This document shows, one piece after another, positions 1 to 8,465 of a DNA stretch of 54,876 bases (the stretch's first letter is position 1; each line of letters starts with the position of its first letter). The translations under genes were made by a program, and so were the position numbers. The stretch is from a virus (Duplodnaviria > Caudoviricetes): IMG/VR virus record IMGVR_UViG_3300020122_000144, positions 1 through 54,876 of that record. One strand, written 5' to 3'. The notes under the pieces are model-generated. The model was given only the letters and a program-made list of their open reading frames with translations, was not told the DNA's origin and ran no database searches.

Positions 1-127
1 AGTTCCTCGGCGGCCTCCTTCGTCCAGTCGCGACGGTCCGTGGCGATGTCGAGCGTCCCGTACTGCTGACGCCCGAGGACGAGGCGTTGCGTGATGTGAA
101 GGATGACGGCGTGTTCGTCGGGGCCGA
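1..127. repeat. Terminal direct repeat, copy 1 (identical to 54750-54876); circular assembly overlap
   Basis: AGTTCCTCGG...TCGGGGCCGA matches the last 127 nt; an ORF runs through the join. Confidence 0.97.
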
Positions 128-167
128 GCTCGGAGAGGAGGGCTTGGATCTTGTCGGCGGGGGTCAT
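1..167 (-). CDS. 5' part of a 72-aa ORF spanning the circular join (continues 54749..54698); possible all-alpha NTP pyrophosphatase-like protein
   Basis: ATG at 167; MTPADKIQ...GRQQYGTLD...DWTKEAAEELADLVVY...KR*; its ends overlap both neighbouring genes by 4 nt. Confidence 0.7.
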   Translation of the reverse strand, partial: MTPADKIQALLSELGPDEHAVILHITQRLVLGRQQYGTLDIATDRRDWTKEAAEE

Positions 168-484
168 GGGTCACCCGCGACGAAGATGGCGCCGTCTTTG
201 TCCGTGTAGCTGCGCAGGCCGGCACGCTTCATCGTCTGCCCGATGAGTGCGATCCGCTCGGCCTCGTCGCGCATGGCCGCGGTGCGTTCCACGATCCACG
301 TCGACTGCCGCTCCAGGCTCTCGACGAAATATTTGAAGATGGCGCGACCCATGGGCGGCAGGTGCTCCTGCAACGCGCGCATGTCGTAGTGCGTGAGCCC
401 CATCGGGCCGCGCCTCGCCAACTCTTCCCACAGGAACGCGGTGCTCTCGTGCGGGCGCGCTCCGGCCTCGCGATACGGGCTCAC
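164..484 (-). CDS. Hypothetical protein
   Basis: GTG start overlaps the upstream stop; part of a coupled leftward chain. Confidence 0.65.
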   Translation of the reverse strand: MSPYREAGARPHESTAFLWEELARRGPMGLTHYDMRALQEHLPPMGRAIFKYFVESLERQSTWIVERTAAMRDEAERIALIGQTMKRAGLRSYTDKDGAIFVAGDP

Positions 485-609
485 CTCCGCCCCTCCCACC
501 ACGTCAGCGCGCGTTCGAGCACGACGTAGGCGACGAGCGTGGCCGTTGTGAGCATCACGACCGAGGACCACCAGGGGGCGCGGTCGAGCATGGTGAGGAA
601 GCGGATCAT
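481..609 (-). CDS. Small membrane protein
   Basis: MIRFLTML...; one hydrophobic segment; coupled start and stop. Confidence 0.55.
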   Translation of the reverse strand: MIRFLTMLDRAPWWSSVVMLTTATLVAYVVLERALTWWEGRR

Positions 610-803
610 GTGAAGCCTCGTGGGGGAGAAACGGCCCACGGCCCCGTCTCCGGATCGTCGGTCGCACGCTCGACGGCGCGATCCACGTCGACCGTCGCCC
701 TCGCGTGAAGCTCGACCCACGCGTCAGCGACGATGCCGGCGGGGACGCCGTAGCGAACGACGGCGCGGAGTACCCAACTGGGCCACGCGTAGAGGGATCT
801 CAT
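606..803 (-). CDS. Hypothetical protein
   Basis: ATGA overlaps on both sides. Confidence 0.6.
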   Translation of the reverse strand: MRSLYAWPSWVLRAVVRYGVPAGIVADAWVELHARATVDVDRAVERATDDPETGPWAVSPPRGFT

Positions 804-1597
804 TTGGGCGCCTTCTCGATCGTGCCGATGATGGCGCGCGCCCGGAGCAGCGCACGGTCAGCCCACCCGTTTTCGTTGCGGTCCCAGGCCGTATCGAGGA
901 GCCGACGGTCCCACTGCCGGATCTCCGCGACGTTGACGCCCGCGACCGCGACGGTCTCCGAGCGACCAAGCGCAGTGTTCCAGCGCGTCTCCGTGAACCG
1001 CACCACGTTGTCGGCGATGCTCGCGATGAACGAGCAGACGTCGGGGTCGGTGTCGAAGATGGCCCGAGCGACGACTCCCTCGTTTGGGAGAACCTTCACC
1101 GGCTCCCGGAACATCGGCGGCGCGGCGTACTCGGAGACCTCGCGGTATTCGATGAGGTCCTCTCCGTTGCGGACGGTGTGGCCGTACTCCTCGAACGTGA
1201 CCTGCAGGTACCGGCCGCCAAAGCCGCCGTGCGCAGCAACGATGTGATGACGGCCGCCTGAGCACTCCTCGATGCGCTCAAACCCAAGACGGTCCACGAG
1301 GAGCATACGGAAGCGCCTGCGGGGTGCCGCGGTGCCGTTGCGCTTCGTCAGCGTGGGCTTCACGGCCGCCACGTCCGGCATGTCCAGCAGCCGCAGCGCA
1401 TCGTCGCGCGAGATGAGCGGGTCCATCCCGTCCGGCGGGTTGAGCAGATCCTGCACGTGCGCGAGCTTCGCGGCGAGGGAGGCGCCCTGGTTTTTGCTCG
1501 CGCACTTCGCGCAGGGACAGCGGAGCGCATGAGCGAGGTCATAGCGCCCGGTGCATCGGTCGCAGCTACAGCCGGGGACGTGGAAGTCTGACCCCAT
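800..1597 (-). CDS. Hypothetical protein with two H-x3-C-x-C-x2-C motifs and a portal-like peptide
   Basis: HVPGCSCDRC and HALRCPCAKC; see findings. Confidence 0.75.
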   Translation of the reverse strand: MGSDFHVPGCSCDRCTGRYDLAHALRCPCAKCASKNQGASLAAKLAHVQDLLNPPDGMDPLISRDDALRLLDMPDVAAVKPTLTKRNGTAAPRRRFRMLLVDRLGFERIEECSGGRHHIVAAHGGFGGRYLQVTFEEYGHTVRNGEDLIEYREVSEYAAPPMFREPVKVLPNEGVVARAIFDTDPDVCSFIASIADNVVRFTETRWNTALGRSETVAVAGVNVAEIRQWDRRLLDTAWDRNENGWADRALLRARAIIGTIEKAPK

Positions 1598-1827
1598 CAC
1601 GCCGCCATCCTCTTCACGCCCGGCAGCATCTCCGCATCCCACCGCCGCATCAGCAGCGCCGGCTTACGGCCGTAGCCAGCAATGACCGCGTTGTCGGCGA
1701 CGCGCACGATGATGCACGGGGCCTTGTGGGCCTTCGCGATCCCCACGGCGTCAGGGCCGCGCGGAGCGACCAGCTCCGCGGCTGCGCCGATGAGGGTGAG
1801 GGAGGTGTCGAAGATTTCGTAGTTCAC
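1597..1827 (-). CDS. Hypothetical protein
   Basis: 76-aa ORF coupled to the next gene. Confidence 0.6.
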   Translation of the reverse strand: MNYEIFDTSLTLIGAAAELVAPRGPDAVGIAKAHKAPCIIVRVADNAVIAGYGRKPALLMRRWDAEMLPGVKRMAA

Positions 1828-2237
1828 AGCGCCACCGCCGCCCTGAACACGTGCTCGTCATGAGGATCGGCGCCGCACCGCGGGGCAAAAAAAGGTGCGG
1901 CGTGCTTGGTGCAGAGATCGCGCGGACCGTTAGGGGTAGGCACCGCGAGACGGGTCGCGGCGGGGATGCGCGGAACCATGCCCTGCCTGCTGAGAGGCAG
2001 GGTGTAGGCGCAAAAGACACAGCCGAAGACCCCTCGTCCGTTCAGCGGCGTTTTATTTTTTCGTGAGTGAGAACGCGACGCTACGGGCGCTGCGTGGATA
2101 CGTTCAGTGGTCGTCGTCATGGTCGGCTGATGTCTCCCCAAGATGCTCACAAGTGACAAATGCTCAGTGGTTACGCGTGCAAAAAGCCCGACCGGGTTGC
2201 GTGCATGCTGCACGCGACGCACGATCGGGCGATGCTG

Positions 2238-2588
2238 TTAGCTGGAGCGGAGGAGCGGCGCGGTGGCGAACTGACTCACGAACCAGAGAAGGTCTTCGCT
2301 CGGGTCGAACCACTCGCGACCAAGGGACCTCCTTGTCGAGCGCCGCGTGTCAGCGAACCACTCGTGAAGCTCGCGCTCCAAGCGCATGGTGCTGCGGATG
2401 ACGCCGAGGGTCCGCAGCGGTTCCTTCACCGACGAGGCGAGCGCATCGAGGCGACCGTAGAGGTTCGTCGTGAATCCGATCTTGACGGCGCCGTCAGAAG
2501 GTCGCTGGACGAAGTAGACGAAGCCGTCGTGGGCATACGCACGGTTCCCGAGATTCGCTCGCCCAAACCGGATTGGTTGCCACGTCAC
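2238..2588 (-). CDS. GIY-YIG-like (T5orf172/MUG113-type) domain protein
   Basis: GFVYFVQ...VKIGFT...R...LE..LH..F...REWF signature. Confidence 0.85.
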   Translation of the reverse strand: MTWQPIRFGRANLGNRAYAHDGFVYFVQRPSDGAVKIGFTTNLYGRLDALASSVKEPLRTLGVIRSTMRLERELHEWFADTRRSTRRSLGREWFDPSEDLLWFVSQFATAPLLRSS

Positions 2589-2591
2589 CGC

Positions 2592-2849
2592 TCAACCCCT
2601 CGCCACGCGAGAGACGTCTTCCTCGGTGACGGCCTGCCGTGGTCCGGTGGCGTCGGCGTCGACCCACTCGGCGGCAGGCATCGCGACTTCCGACCGCTCG
2701 ATGGCGAAAGCCTGCTCGAGCGACGGTGTCCGAGTGCCGGCAATCCAGCGACACACAAGCGTGTGATCGGCGCCGATCTCCTTCGCAAGACGGAGCTGCG
2801 TCCAGCCGATCTCGGTCAACCGCGCACTCAATCGTTGGCCAGGGCTCAT
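2592..2849 (-). CDS. cro: Cro-like XRE helix-turn-helix regulator
   Basis: WTQLRLAKEIGADHTLVCRWIAGTRTPS HTH; first gene of the leftward operon, divergent from the repressor. Confidence 0.8.
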   Translation of the reverse strand: MSPGQRLSARLTEIGWTQLRLAKEIGADHTLVCRWIAGTRTPSLEQAFAIERSEVAMPAAEWVDADATGPRQAVTEEDVSRVARG

Positions 2850-2853
2850 CTGT

Positions 2854-2893
2854 GGGCAATATTGCCCGCTGACAAGGAATTGTCAAATGGCAA
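2854..2893 (-). promoter_or_regulatory. Leftward early promoter with 32-bp palindromic operator (2862-2893)
   Basis: Minus strand TTGACA-17 nt-AATATT just above the cro ATG; TTGCC-N2-YTGACAA-N4-TTGTCAR-N2-GGCAA palindrome. Confidence 0.8.
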
Positions 2894-2942
2894 GAATGAC
2901 GCGGCGTGTGATTCTCGTGTTGTCCCGTGGCAATCTTTGGGT

Positions 2943-3461
2943 GTGAAGACGCTTGGTCAGCGGCTTAGGTCCGCCATGAGCGAGGCCGGCATCGAATCGG
3001 CAGAGCTTTGCCGTCGCGCTAAGGCACTCGGCGGCAGCGTCGATGCGCCGCGGATTACTCGACTATTGAAGGACGAGCGCACGGAGTTTCCGACAGTTCC
3101 GCTGCTTTTGCCAGTTGCCGAAGCGCTTGGCGTCAACGTGCGCTGGCTGTGGGATGGGGAGGGCGAGCGCTACACGAAGCCTCCGCCGGGTCGCGTCGCT
3201 CTTGAGGAAGCCTTCCGCACGATTGTCTGGCCAACGCCGACCGTCGTAGAGGCCGCCGACGTAGCAACGAGGCGAGCTCGTGCCGAAGCCGACCTTCCCG
3301 CTGGCCGTGAGCGCGTGGTCTCGGTGTGGATGGTTCGACTGCTTCAGCTCTACGCGGAGGCGCTGGCGATGCCTGCAGGGGTTGCCGGCCCATCTGCTCT
3401 TGATGAGCCGAACGGCAAACGTGCGCATGGCCGCCGTCGCTCCGTGCGCCTTCGCCCCTAA
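2943..3461 (+). CDS. CI-like repressor (N-terminal XRE HTH)
   Basis: TLGQRLRSAM...AELCRR...ITRLL...AEALGVNVRWLWDGEG; divergent from cro; no recognisable S24 peptidase domain. Confidence 0.8.
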   Translation: MKTLGQRLRSAMSEAGIESAELCRRAKALGGSVDAPRITRLLKDERTEFPTVPLLLPVAEALGVNVRWLWDGEGERYTKPPPGRVALEEAFRTIVWPTPTVVEAADVATRRARAEADLPAGRERVVSVWMVRLLQLYAEALAMPAGVAGPSALDEPNGKRAHGRRRSVRLRP

Positions 3462-3776
3462 CTGGGCGGCCCTCCGGGGTGTCGGGCTGAGTAGTTCGCA
3501 AGGTCGAGCGCGATCTCAAACAGTCGGTGCGTGCGCGCCGGGTGCCACTCGGGCATCGACAAGCACACGAGTATCAGCCAGCAGCCCCGACGTACGCCCT
3601 GCGTTCGATCCATTCTCGGCCCCTCCTGCCATCGTGGATCTGCGAGTTTTCCACGATGCGGCGATACGTCGACCCCCGCCGGGAGTACGTGGAACCAATG
3701 AGCGAGGCGGAAATTTATGATGAGTGCGCGCACGAGCTAAGTGCGCGACTTGTCGTTTTTCTGCACGAGCCATAGT

Positions 3777-3812
3777 TTGCCAATTGACAATTCGTTGTCA
3801 GACGGCAATAGT
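3777..3812 (+). promoter_or_regulatory. Rightward early promoter with second copy of the operator (3777-3808)
   Basis: TTGACA-17 nt-AATAGT; near-identical to the reverse complement of 2862-2893. Confidence 0.8.
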
Positions 3813-3860
3813 CCCTCTCACGAGACGCCGCGGTGGCGCTCTCCGGGAGGTCGATGCCCG

Positions 3861-5004
3861 ATGCTGGTTCTCAAGCGATTCTGGTCTGCGATTTGCGCGC
3901 GCTGCGCTGGTAACCCCGAGGGTGGTTGTCGTGACTGCGGGGTGCGGCGGTGAGCACGCACCTCTACGAGTTCGACGCGCCCGGCGCGGAACTCCACGGC
4001 GAACCGTTCACTATCACCGACACGTCGCGCACTCGCGCCGATGAGCGCGCGGCGTTCCACGTTCGCGACACGTTCTCGCTGTCGACGCGCAAGGACGCGC
4101 GGGCGGTCCACCGCGCGTCGTTCCCGTCGCGCCGGGCGTACCAGCGCTGGGACGAGTCGGGCGAGGCGGTGCCGGCGGAGGAGTCCGGGACGCGGCTGAC
4201 GTCGGCGTCTGCGACGGCGGTGTCGCGGTGAAGCGCTGCGACTACCCGGTACTCATCGGGTTCGCCTACGACACGTGCGATCGGCCGGCGGTCGTCGAGA
4301 CCGATGACCTCGCCGAGATCCATCACCTCTGCGCGGAGCACGAGGCCGAGGCTCGGACGATGAACGACTTCCGCACGGGGGAGCTGTCATGACCCTCCGC
4401 ATTCGCTACTCGGCCGCGGTGATGCTCGTCGTCAGCATCGACGCGGACGGCGCGATCTTGTTCTGGCGCTCGGAAGACGCGACTGGCGCGCACGTCGAGC
4501 TGTCGAACTTCGACAAGTGGCGCGCGCTGCCGGTGATGCATCAGGCGATCGCTGGGATGAAGCGAGGCGCGGCATGAGCGCCGGTCCCTCCATCATCCGC
4601 GCGATCCCCGCGTCGGTCCTGCACCACGCGGCGACGGCGCTGACGATCGCCCAGGCGCGTATCGACGTGCTCGAGGCGGAGGTGAAAGAGCGCGGGGAGA
4701 TCATCGCGGCTCTGCATGTCGCGCTCGACGACCGCGACGCGAAAATCTCGGAACTCCAAGCCATGGTCGGGCGCGCGTACGCGGATACGGAGCGACCTTG
4801 ACTCTCCACGACATCACCGACGCTCTGATCGACTCCGCCGCCCTCAACGCCATCGCCAAGCGCGCCGGCATCACACTGGCCCAAGCACGAGCTGTCGCGG
4901 GGATGATCGCCGACCTCGACATCAAGCAGCAGATCCGCATGTGCACCACGTGCCAGCACGATCGCATCCGGCAAGCGCAGAGAGAGGCGAGGTACAAGCG
5001 ATGA
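3861..5004 (+). other. Chain of small early hypothetical ORFs (3861-3953, 3950-4231, 4228-4392, 4389-4577, 4574-4801, 4798-5004)
   Basis: Consecutive 4-nt stop/start overlaps. Confidence 0.65.
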
Positions 5005-6173
5005 GCGCGCTCAAGACCACGATCAACTTCCTCCCGAGCTGGGCGAACGCGCCGCAGGCGAAGCGTCTCCCCGTCTTCCCCGAGACGAAGTCCACGTCGG
5101 AGCTATCCACGTTCCTCGCGTGTCAGGTCCGGCACTTCTACAGCTACGGCCTGCGTCGCAGGCCGCTGCACGAATCCGCAGCGCTCGGTTTCGGCACGCT
5201 CTGGCACCTCGGCATGGCGGCGTGGTGGAAGCCGGGACAGGACGCGGCGGAGCGCTTTACGTCAGCGGTCGAAGCGATGACGAGCGACGCGGTCGACCCG
5301 TTCATGCTCGTCACGCTGACGGAGCTGATGCGCGGCTACACGGCGCGGTGGTCCGATGCCGGCTACACCGCCGTCGCCATCGAGGTCGAGTATGCGATGC
5401 CGCTCGTCAACCCCGACACTGGCGAGGCGCACCCCACGATCGGCCTCATGGGCATCATCGACAAGGTCGTGGTCGACGCGACCGACAAGCCCCACGTGAT
5501 GGAGCACAAGTCGACGCAGTCGGAGATCGACAGCGGGGCCAGCTACTGGGACGGCGTGCGGACGCTCGACGCGCAGGTCTCCGGCTACCTCGATGGCGCG
5601 CGGTCGCTTGGATACGCGGTCGACGACGTGATCTGGGACGTCGTGCGCAAGCCGACGCTGAAGCCGTACAAGGCGACGCCCGAAGAAGAGCGGAAGTACA
5701 CGCAGGAGAAGTCGCGCGCGTGCAAGGGCTGCAAGAAGAACCCCGGCGTGACGCACGAGGAGATGGTCGACGACGTCGCGGTGTCGTGCGTTGACGGCCG
5801 CATCGTCACCGACGCAGGCGGCAAGCTCTACGCAACCATGCGCGAGAACGACGAGACGCCCACCGAATACGGCGAGCGCATCGGCGCCGACATCGCGGCG
5901 AACCCCGCCAAGTATTTCGCGCGCGGTCCGATCGTTCGGCTCGAGGCCGACGAACTCCGCCACCGCCGCGACACGTGGCACGAGATCCGGCAGATGGCGG
6001 ACGTCGCCGCTGCGGGATGGCGCGTGCACAACCGCTTTGCTTGTCGGGATTTCGGAGGCTGTGATTTTCGCGCGGTCTGCGAGGGCCGCGCTTCGATCGA
6101 CGACGACACGCTGTTCACCAAGAAGACCCCGCGCATGCAGCAGATCGCGCACGGGGAAGGAGAGACACGATGA
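5001..6173 (+). CDS. PD-(D/E)xK exonuclease (RecB/Cas4-like recombination nuclease)
   Basis: GTLWH, E-x-E, GIIDKV...EHKS and Q-x-x-Y motifs; Cys cluster C...CRDFGGCDFRAVC. Confidence 0.85.
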   Translation: MSALKTTINFLPSWANAPQAKRLPVFPETKSTSELSTFLACQVRHFYSYGLRRRPLHESAALGFGTLWHLGMAAWWKPGQDAAERFTSAVEAMTSDAVDPFMLVTLTELMRGYTARWSDAGYTAVAIEVEYAMPLVNPDTGEAHPTIGLMGIIDKVVVDATDKPHVMEHKSTQSEIDSGASYWDGVRTLDAQVSGYLDGARSLGYAVDDVIWDVVRKPTLKPYKATPEEERKYTQEKSRACKGCKKNPGVTHEEMVDDVAVSCVDGRIVTDAGGKLYATMRENDETPTEYGERIGADIAANPAKYFARGPIVRLEADELRHRRDTWHEIRQMADVAAAGWRVHNRFACRDFGGCDFRAVCEGRASIDDDTLFTKKTPRMQQIAHGEGETR

Positions 6174-7087
6174 CGATTCAGGGAGTGAAACCGACACGAC
6201 GCGAGGCGCCCGTGCGCATCGCCATCCATGGCCCCGGCGGATGTGGCAAGTCCACGTTCGCCGCCGCAGCCCCGAGCCCCATCTTCATCGCGGCGGAGGA
6301 CGGACTGATTAATATTGACGCGCATGCGTTCCCCGAGCCGAAGACGTGGGAGGAGATGCTCGCGCAGCTCGACACGCTGGCGACGGAGCCGCACACCTAC
6401 CGCTCGCTCGCTATCGACTCGCTCGACTGGATCGAGCCCCTTTGTTGGGCGCGCGTGTGCGAGAAGGGCGACGCCAAGGGGCGGAAGCAAGCCAACATCG
6501 AGGCGTTCGGCTACGGCAAGGGATACCTTGCCGCGCTCGACGAGTGGCGCATCTTCCTGTCGAAGCTCGAAGCGGTCCGGCGGCGCGGCCTCGCGGTCAT
6601 CCTGATTGCGCACTCGGTCCGCAAGTCGGTCAAGAACCCCGAGGGCGACGACTACGAGCAGTGGCAGATCAAGATCCACGAGAAGGCCGCGGGGCTCATC
6701 AAGGAATGGGTCGACGTGGTGGCGTTCGCCTCGCATGAGGTGTTGACGCTCGAGAACGACAACGGCCGCGTAAAGGGCATCGCGTCCGGCAAGCGCGTGC
6801 TCAAGACGGCGCCCGCCGCCGGCTACGACGGCAAGACGCGATTCGCGATGCCGGCAGCGATGCCGCTGGACTGGCCGACGTTCGAGGCGGCCGTGCGGGA
6901 AGGCGGCGCGGGCGCACTGGATCGTCTCAAGGGCGAGTTCGCCGCGAAGCTCGTCGAACTCGCGGACGCGGACGTGGAAGAGAAGGCGCGCGCGTTCGTC
7001 GCGAGCCGCGGAGAGACGGTCGCCTCGATGAGCGAGGCCATCGCAACGGTCGAAACCTACATCGCTACGAAGAAGAAGGCAGGCTGA
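6170..7087 (+). CDS. Sak4-like AAA_24 ATPase (single-strand annealing recombinase)
   Basis: Walker A GPGGCGKS, IDSLD, GYGKGY and ILIAH motifs; lies between the exonuclease and SSB. Confidence 0.88.
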   Translation: MTIQGVKPTRREAPVRIAIHGPGGCGKSTFAAAAPSPIFIAAEDGLINIDAHAFPEPKTWEEMLAQLDTLATEPHTYRSLAIDSLDWIEPLCWARVCEKGDAKGRKQANIEAFGYGKGYLAALDEWRIFLSKLEAVRRRGLAVILIAHSVRKSVKNPEGDDYEQWQIKIHEKAAGLIKEWVDVVAFASHEVLTLENDNGRVKGIASGKRVLKTAPAAGYDGKTRFAMPAAMPLDWPTFEAAVREGGAGALDRLKGEFAAKLVELADADVEEKARAFVASRGETVASMSEAIATVETYIATKKKAG

Positions 7088-7089
7088 TC

Positions 7090-7596
7090 ATGTTGAACGC
7101 AGGAACGTACAAGGCGCGCGCGACGAAGGCTCTCTTGGCTCAGGTGGGCGCGAACAAGACCCCGGCGATCCAGATCGTCTTCCAGATTCAGGAGGGCGAA
7201 AAGCAGGGCGAGACGATCCGCTGGGACGGCTGGCTCACCACGAACGCGGACCGCACGCTGGAGTCGCTCGACTACTGCGGTTGGACCGGCGACGACATCA
7301 GCGTGTTCGCCAAGGAGGACGCGCCGCTGTGCGGGCTCGACCTGAACGACGTCGAGATCGTCGTCATCATGGAGCCCTACGGTGGCACCGACGAGACAAA
7401 GAAGGGGAAGATGTATCCCAAGGTCGACTGGGTCAACCGCTTCGGTGGTCGGGGGCTCAACGTCGAGAACGCGATGCCCGAGGCGGAGGCCGTGGCGTTC
7501 GCCGCGAAGATGAAGGGGCTCACGCTCGTGCGTCGCGCGAAGAACCCCGTCGCCGCAGCTCCGGCGGTCGCGACCAACGGCGGCAAGGCCTTCTGA
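7090..7596 (+). CDS. Probable single-stranded DNA-binding protein
   Basis: AGTYKA N-terminus, flexible tail ending in F, position after Sak4. Confidence 0.7.
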   Translation: MLNAGTYKARATKALLAQVGANKTPAIQIVFQIQEGEKQGETIRWDGWLTTNADRTLESLDYCGWTGDDISVFAKEDAPLCGLDLNDVEIVVIMEPYGGTDETKKGKMYPKVDWVNRFGGRGLNVENAMPEAEAVAFAAKMKGLTLVRRAKNPVAAAPAVATNGGKAF

Positions 7597-7601
7597 TCTC
7601 C

Positions 7602-7722
7602 GCCGAGGGCATCGACCCCCTCGGCCGGCGCCCGGTGGACCGCCGTATCTGTCCACCACCTACGCGCAGCAGGATCGCCCCATCTTCCGAACACGGGCCG
7701 GCTTCGACTGCCGGATGCGCGA
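7602..7722 (+). ncRNA. Candidate structured RNA: two hairpins plus a 60-nt tRNA-like cloverleaf (7663-7722)
   Basis: Stems GCCGAGGG/CCCTCGGC and GGTGGAC/GTCCACC; T-arm-like CCGGC-TTCGACT-GCCGG; CGCGCA/TGCGCG acceptor-like stem. Confidence 0.4.
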
Positions 7723-7735
7723 CTGAGAAAACATC

Positions 7736-7912
7736 ATGAACACCGCCACCACAACGCCCGTCGCCTTCGCCAAGCGGGTTCGCATCGCCAACGATCCGCG
7801 CGTCGAAGGTCGCGTGATCGACATCGACCCGAGCGACGGCTGGGTGATGTGGGTCGGCGACGATCACTCGTGCCACATCTCGAAGCCCGACTATCTCGAG
7901 GTCGTCTCGTGA
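7736..7912 (+). CDS. Small hypothetical protein (58 aa)
   Basis: MNTATTTPVAFAKRVRI...; below the ORF-track size cut-off. Confidence 0.6.
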   Translation: MNTATTTPVAFAKRVRIANDPRVEGRVIDIDPSDGWVMWVGDDHSCHISKPDYLEVVS

Positions 7913-8096
7913 GGTGCCCCACCACCCGAGGCCGCTGGCGCTGCCCGCTGGACCTCGACCACGACGGCGAGTGTGACGCCCGCGACGGCGAGCCCGAGTC
8001 GATGGTGACGCCGCGCGCGGTCAGGCCCGCTGCCGTGGTCCGCGTGGCCGGCGGTCGCTGTCCGACGTGTGATCAGCCGATGCCGGAGAAGACGCC

Positions 8097-8465
8097 GTGA
8101 CCTCCGCCCGCATGCTCTCACCGGAAGAGGTAGCCACCGAGCTCGGCGTCTCCCGGGCGACGGCCTACCGTCTTCTTCCTCAGCTCCGCCCAATCAAGGT
8201 CGGGAGCGTGTGGCGCGTGCAGCGTATCGATCTCGAGAACTGGATCAGAAAGAACCGCGACCAATGCCTCGACTCTTCAAGCGCGACGGAATCTGGTTCG
8301 CTTGGCTCCCCAAGCCCGGCGGAGGCACCCGCCGTCAAACGACGAACTGCACCGACCGGAAAGCGGCCGAGCGTCGCGCGGGCGAACTCGAACGCGAAGC
8401 CCTCGATCCGGCCCACGCAGCCGCGAACAAAGCCACGACCGTCGACGCGTGCAGCGAGTTCGTGA
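8097..8465 (+). CDS. xis: Excisionase-like HTH_17/MerR-type DNA-binding protein
   Basis: MLSPEEVATELGVSRATAYRLL...IKVGSVWRV...LENWI; overlaps the int start. Confidence 0.8.
   Translation: MTSARMLSPEEVATELGVSRATAYRLLPQLRPIKVGSVWRVQRIDLENWIRKNRDQCLDSSSATESGSLGSPSPAEAPAVKRRTAPTGKRPSVARANSNAKPSIRPTQPRTKPRPSTRAASS

Noticed and set aside
5001-6173. CRISPR-associated Cas4
   Set aside because: No repeat-spacer array or other cas genes were seen; the Sak4/SSB context indicates a recombination exonuclease.
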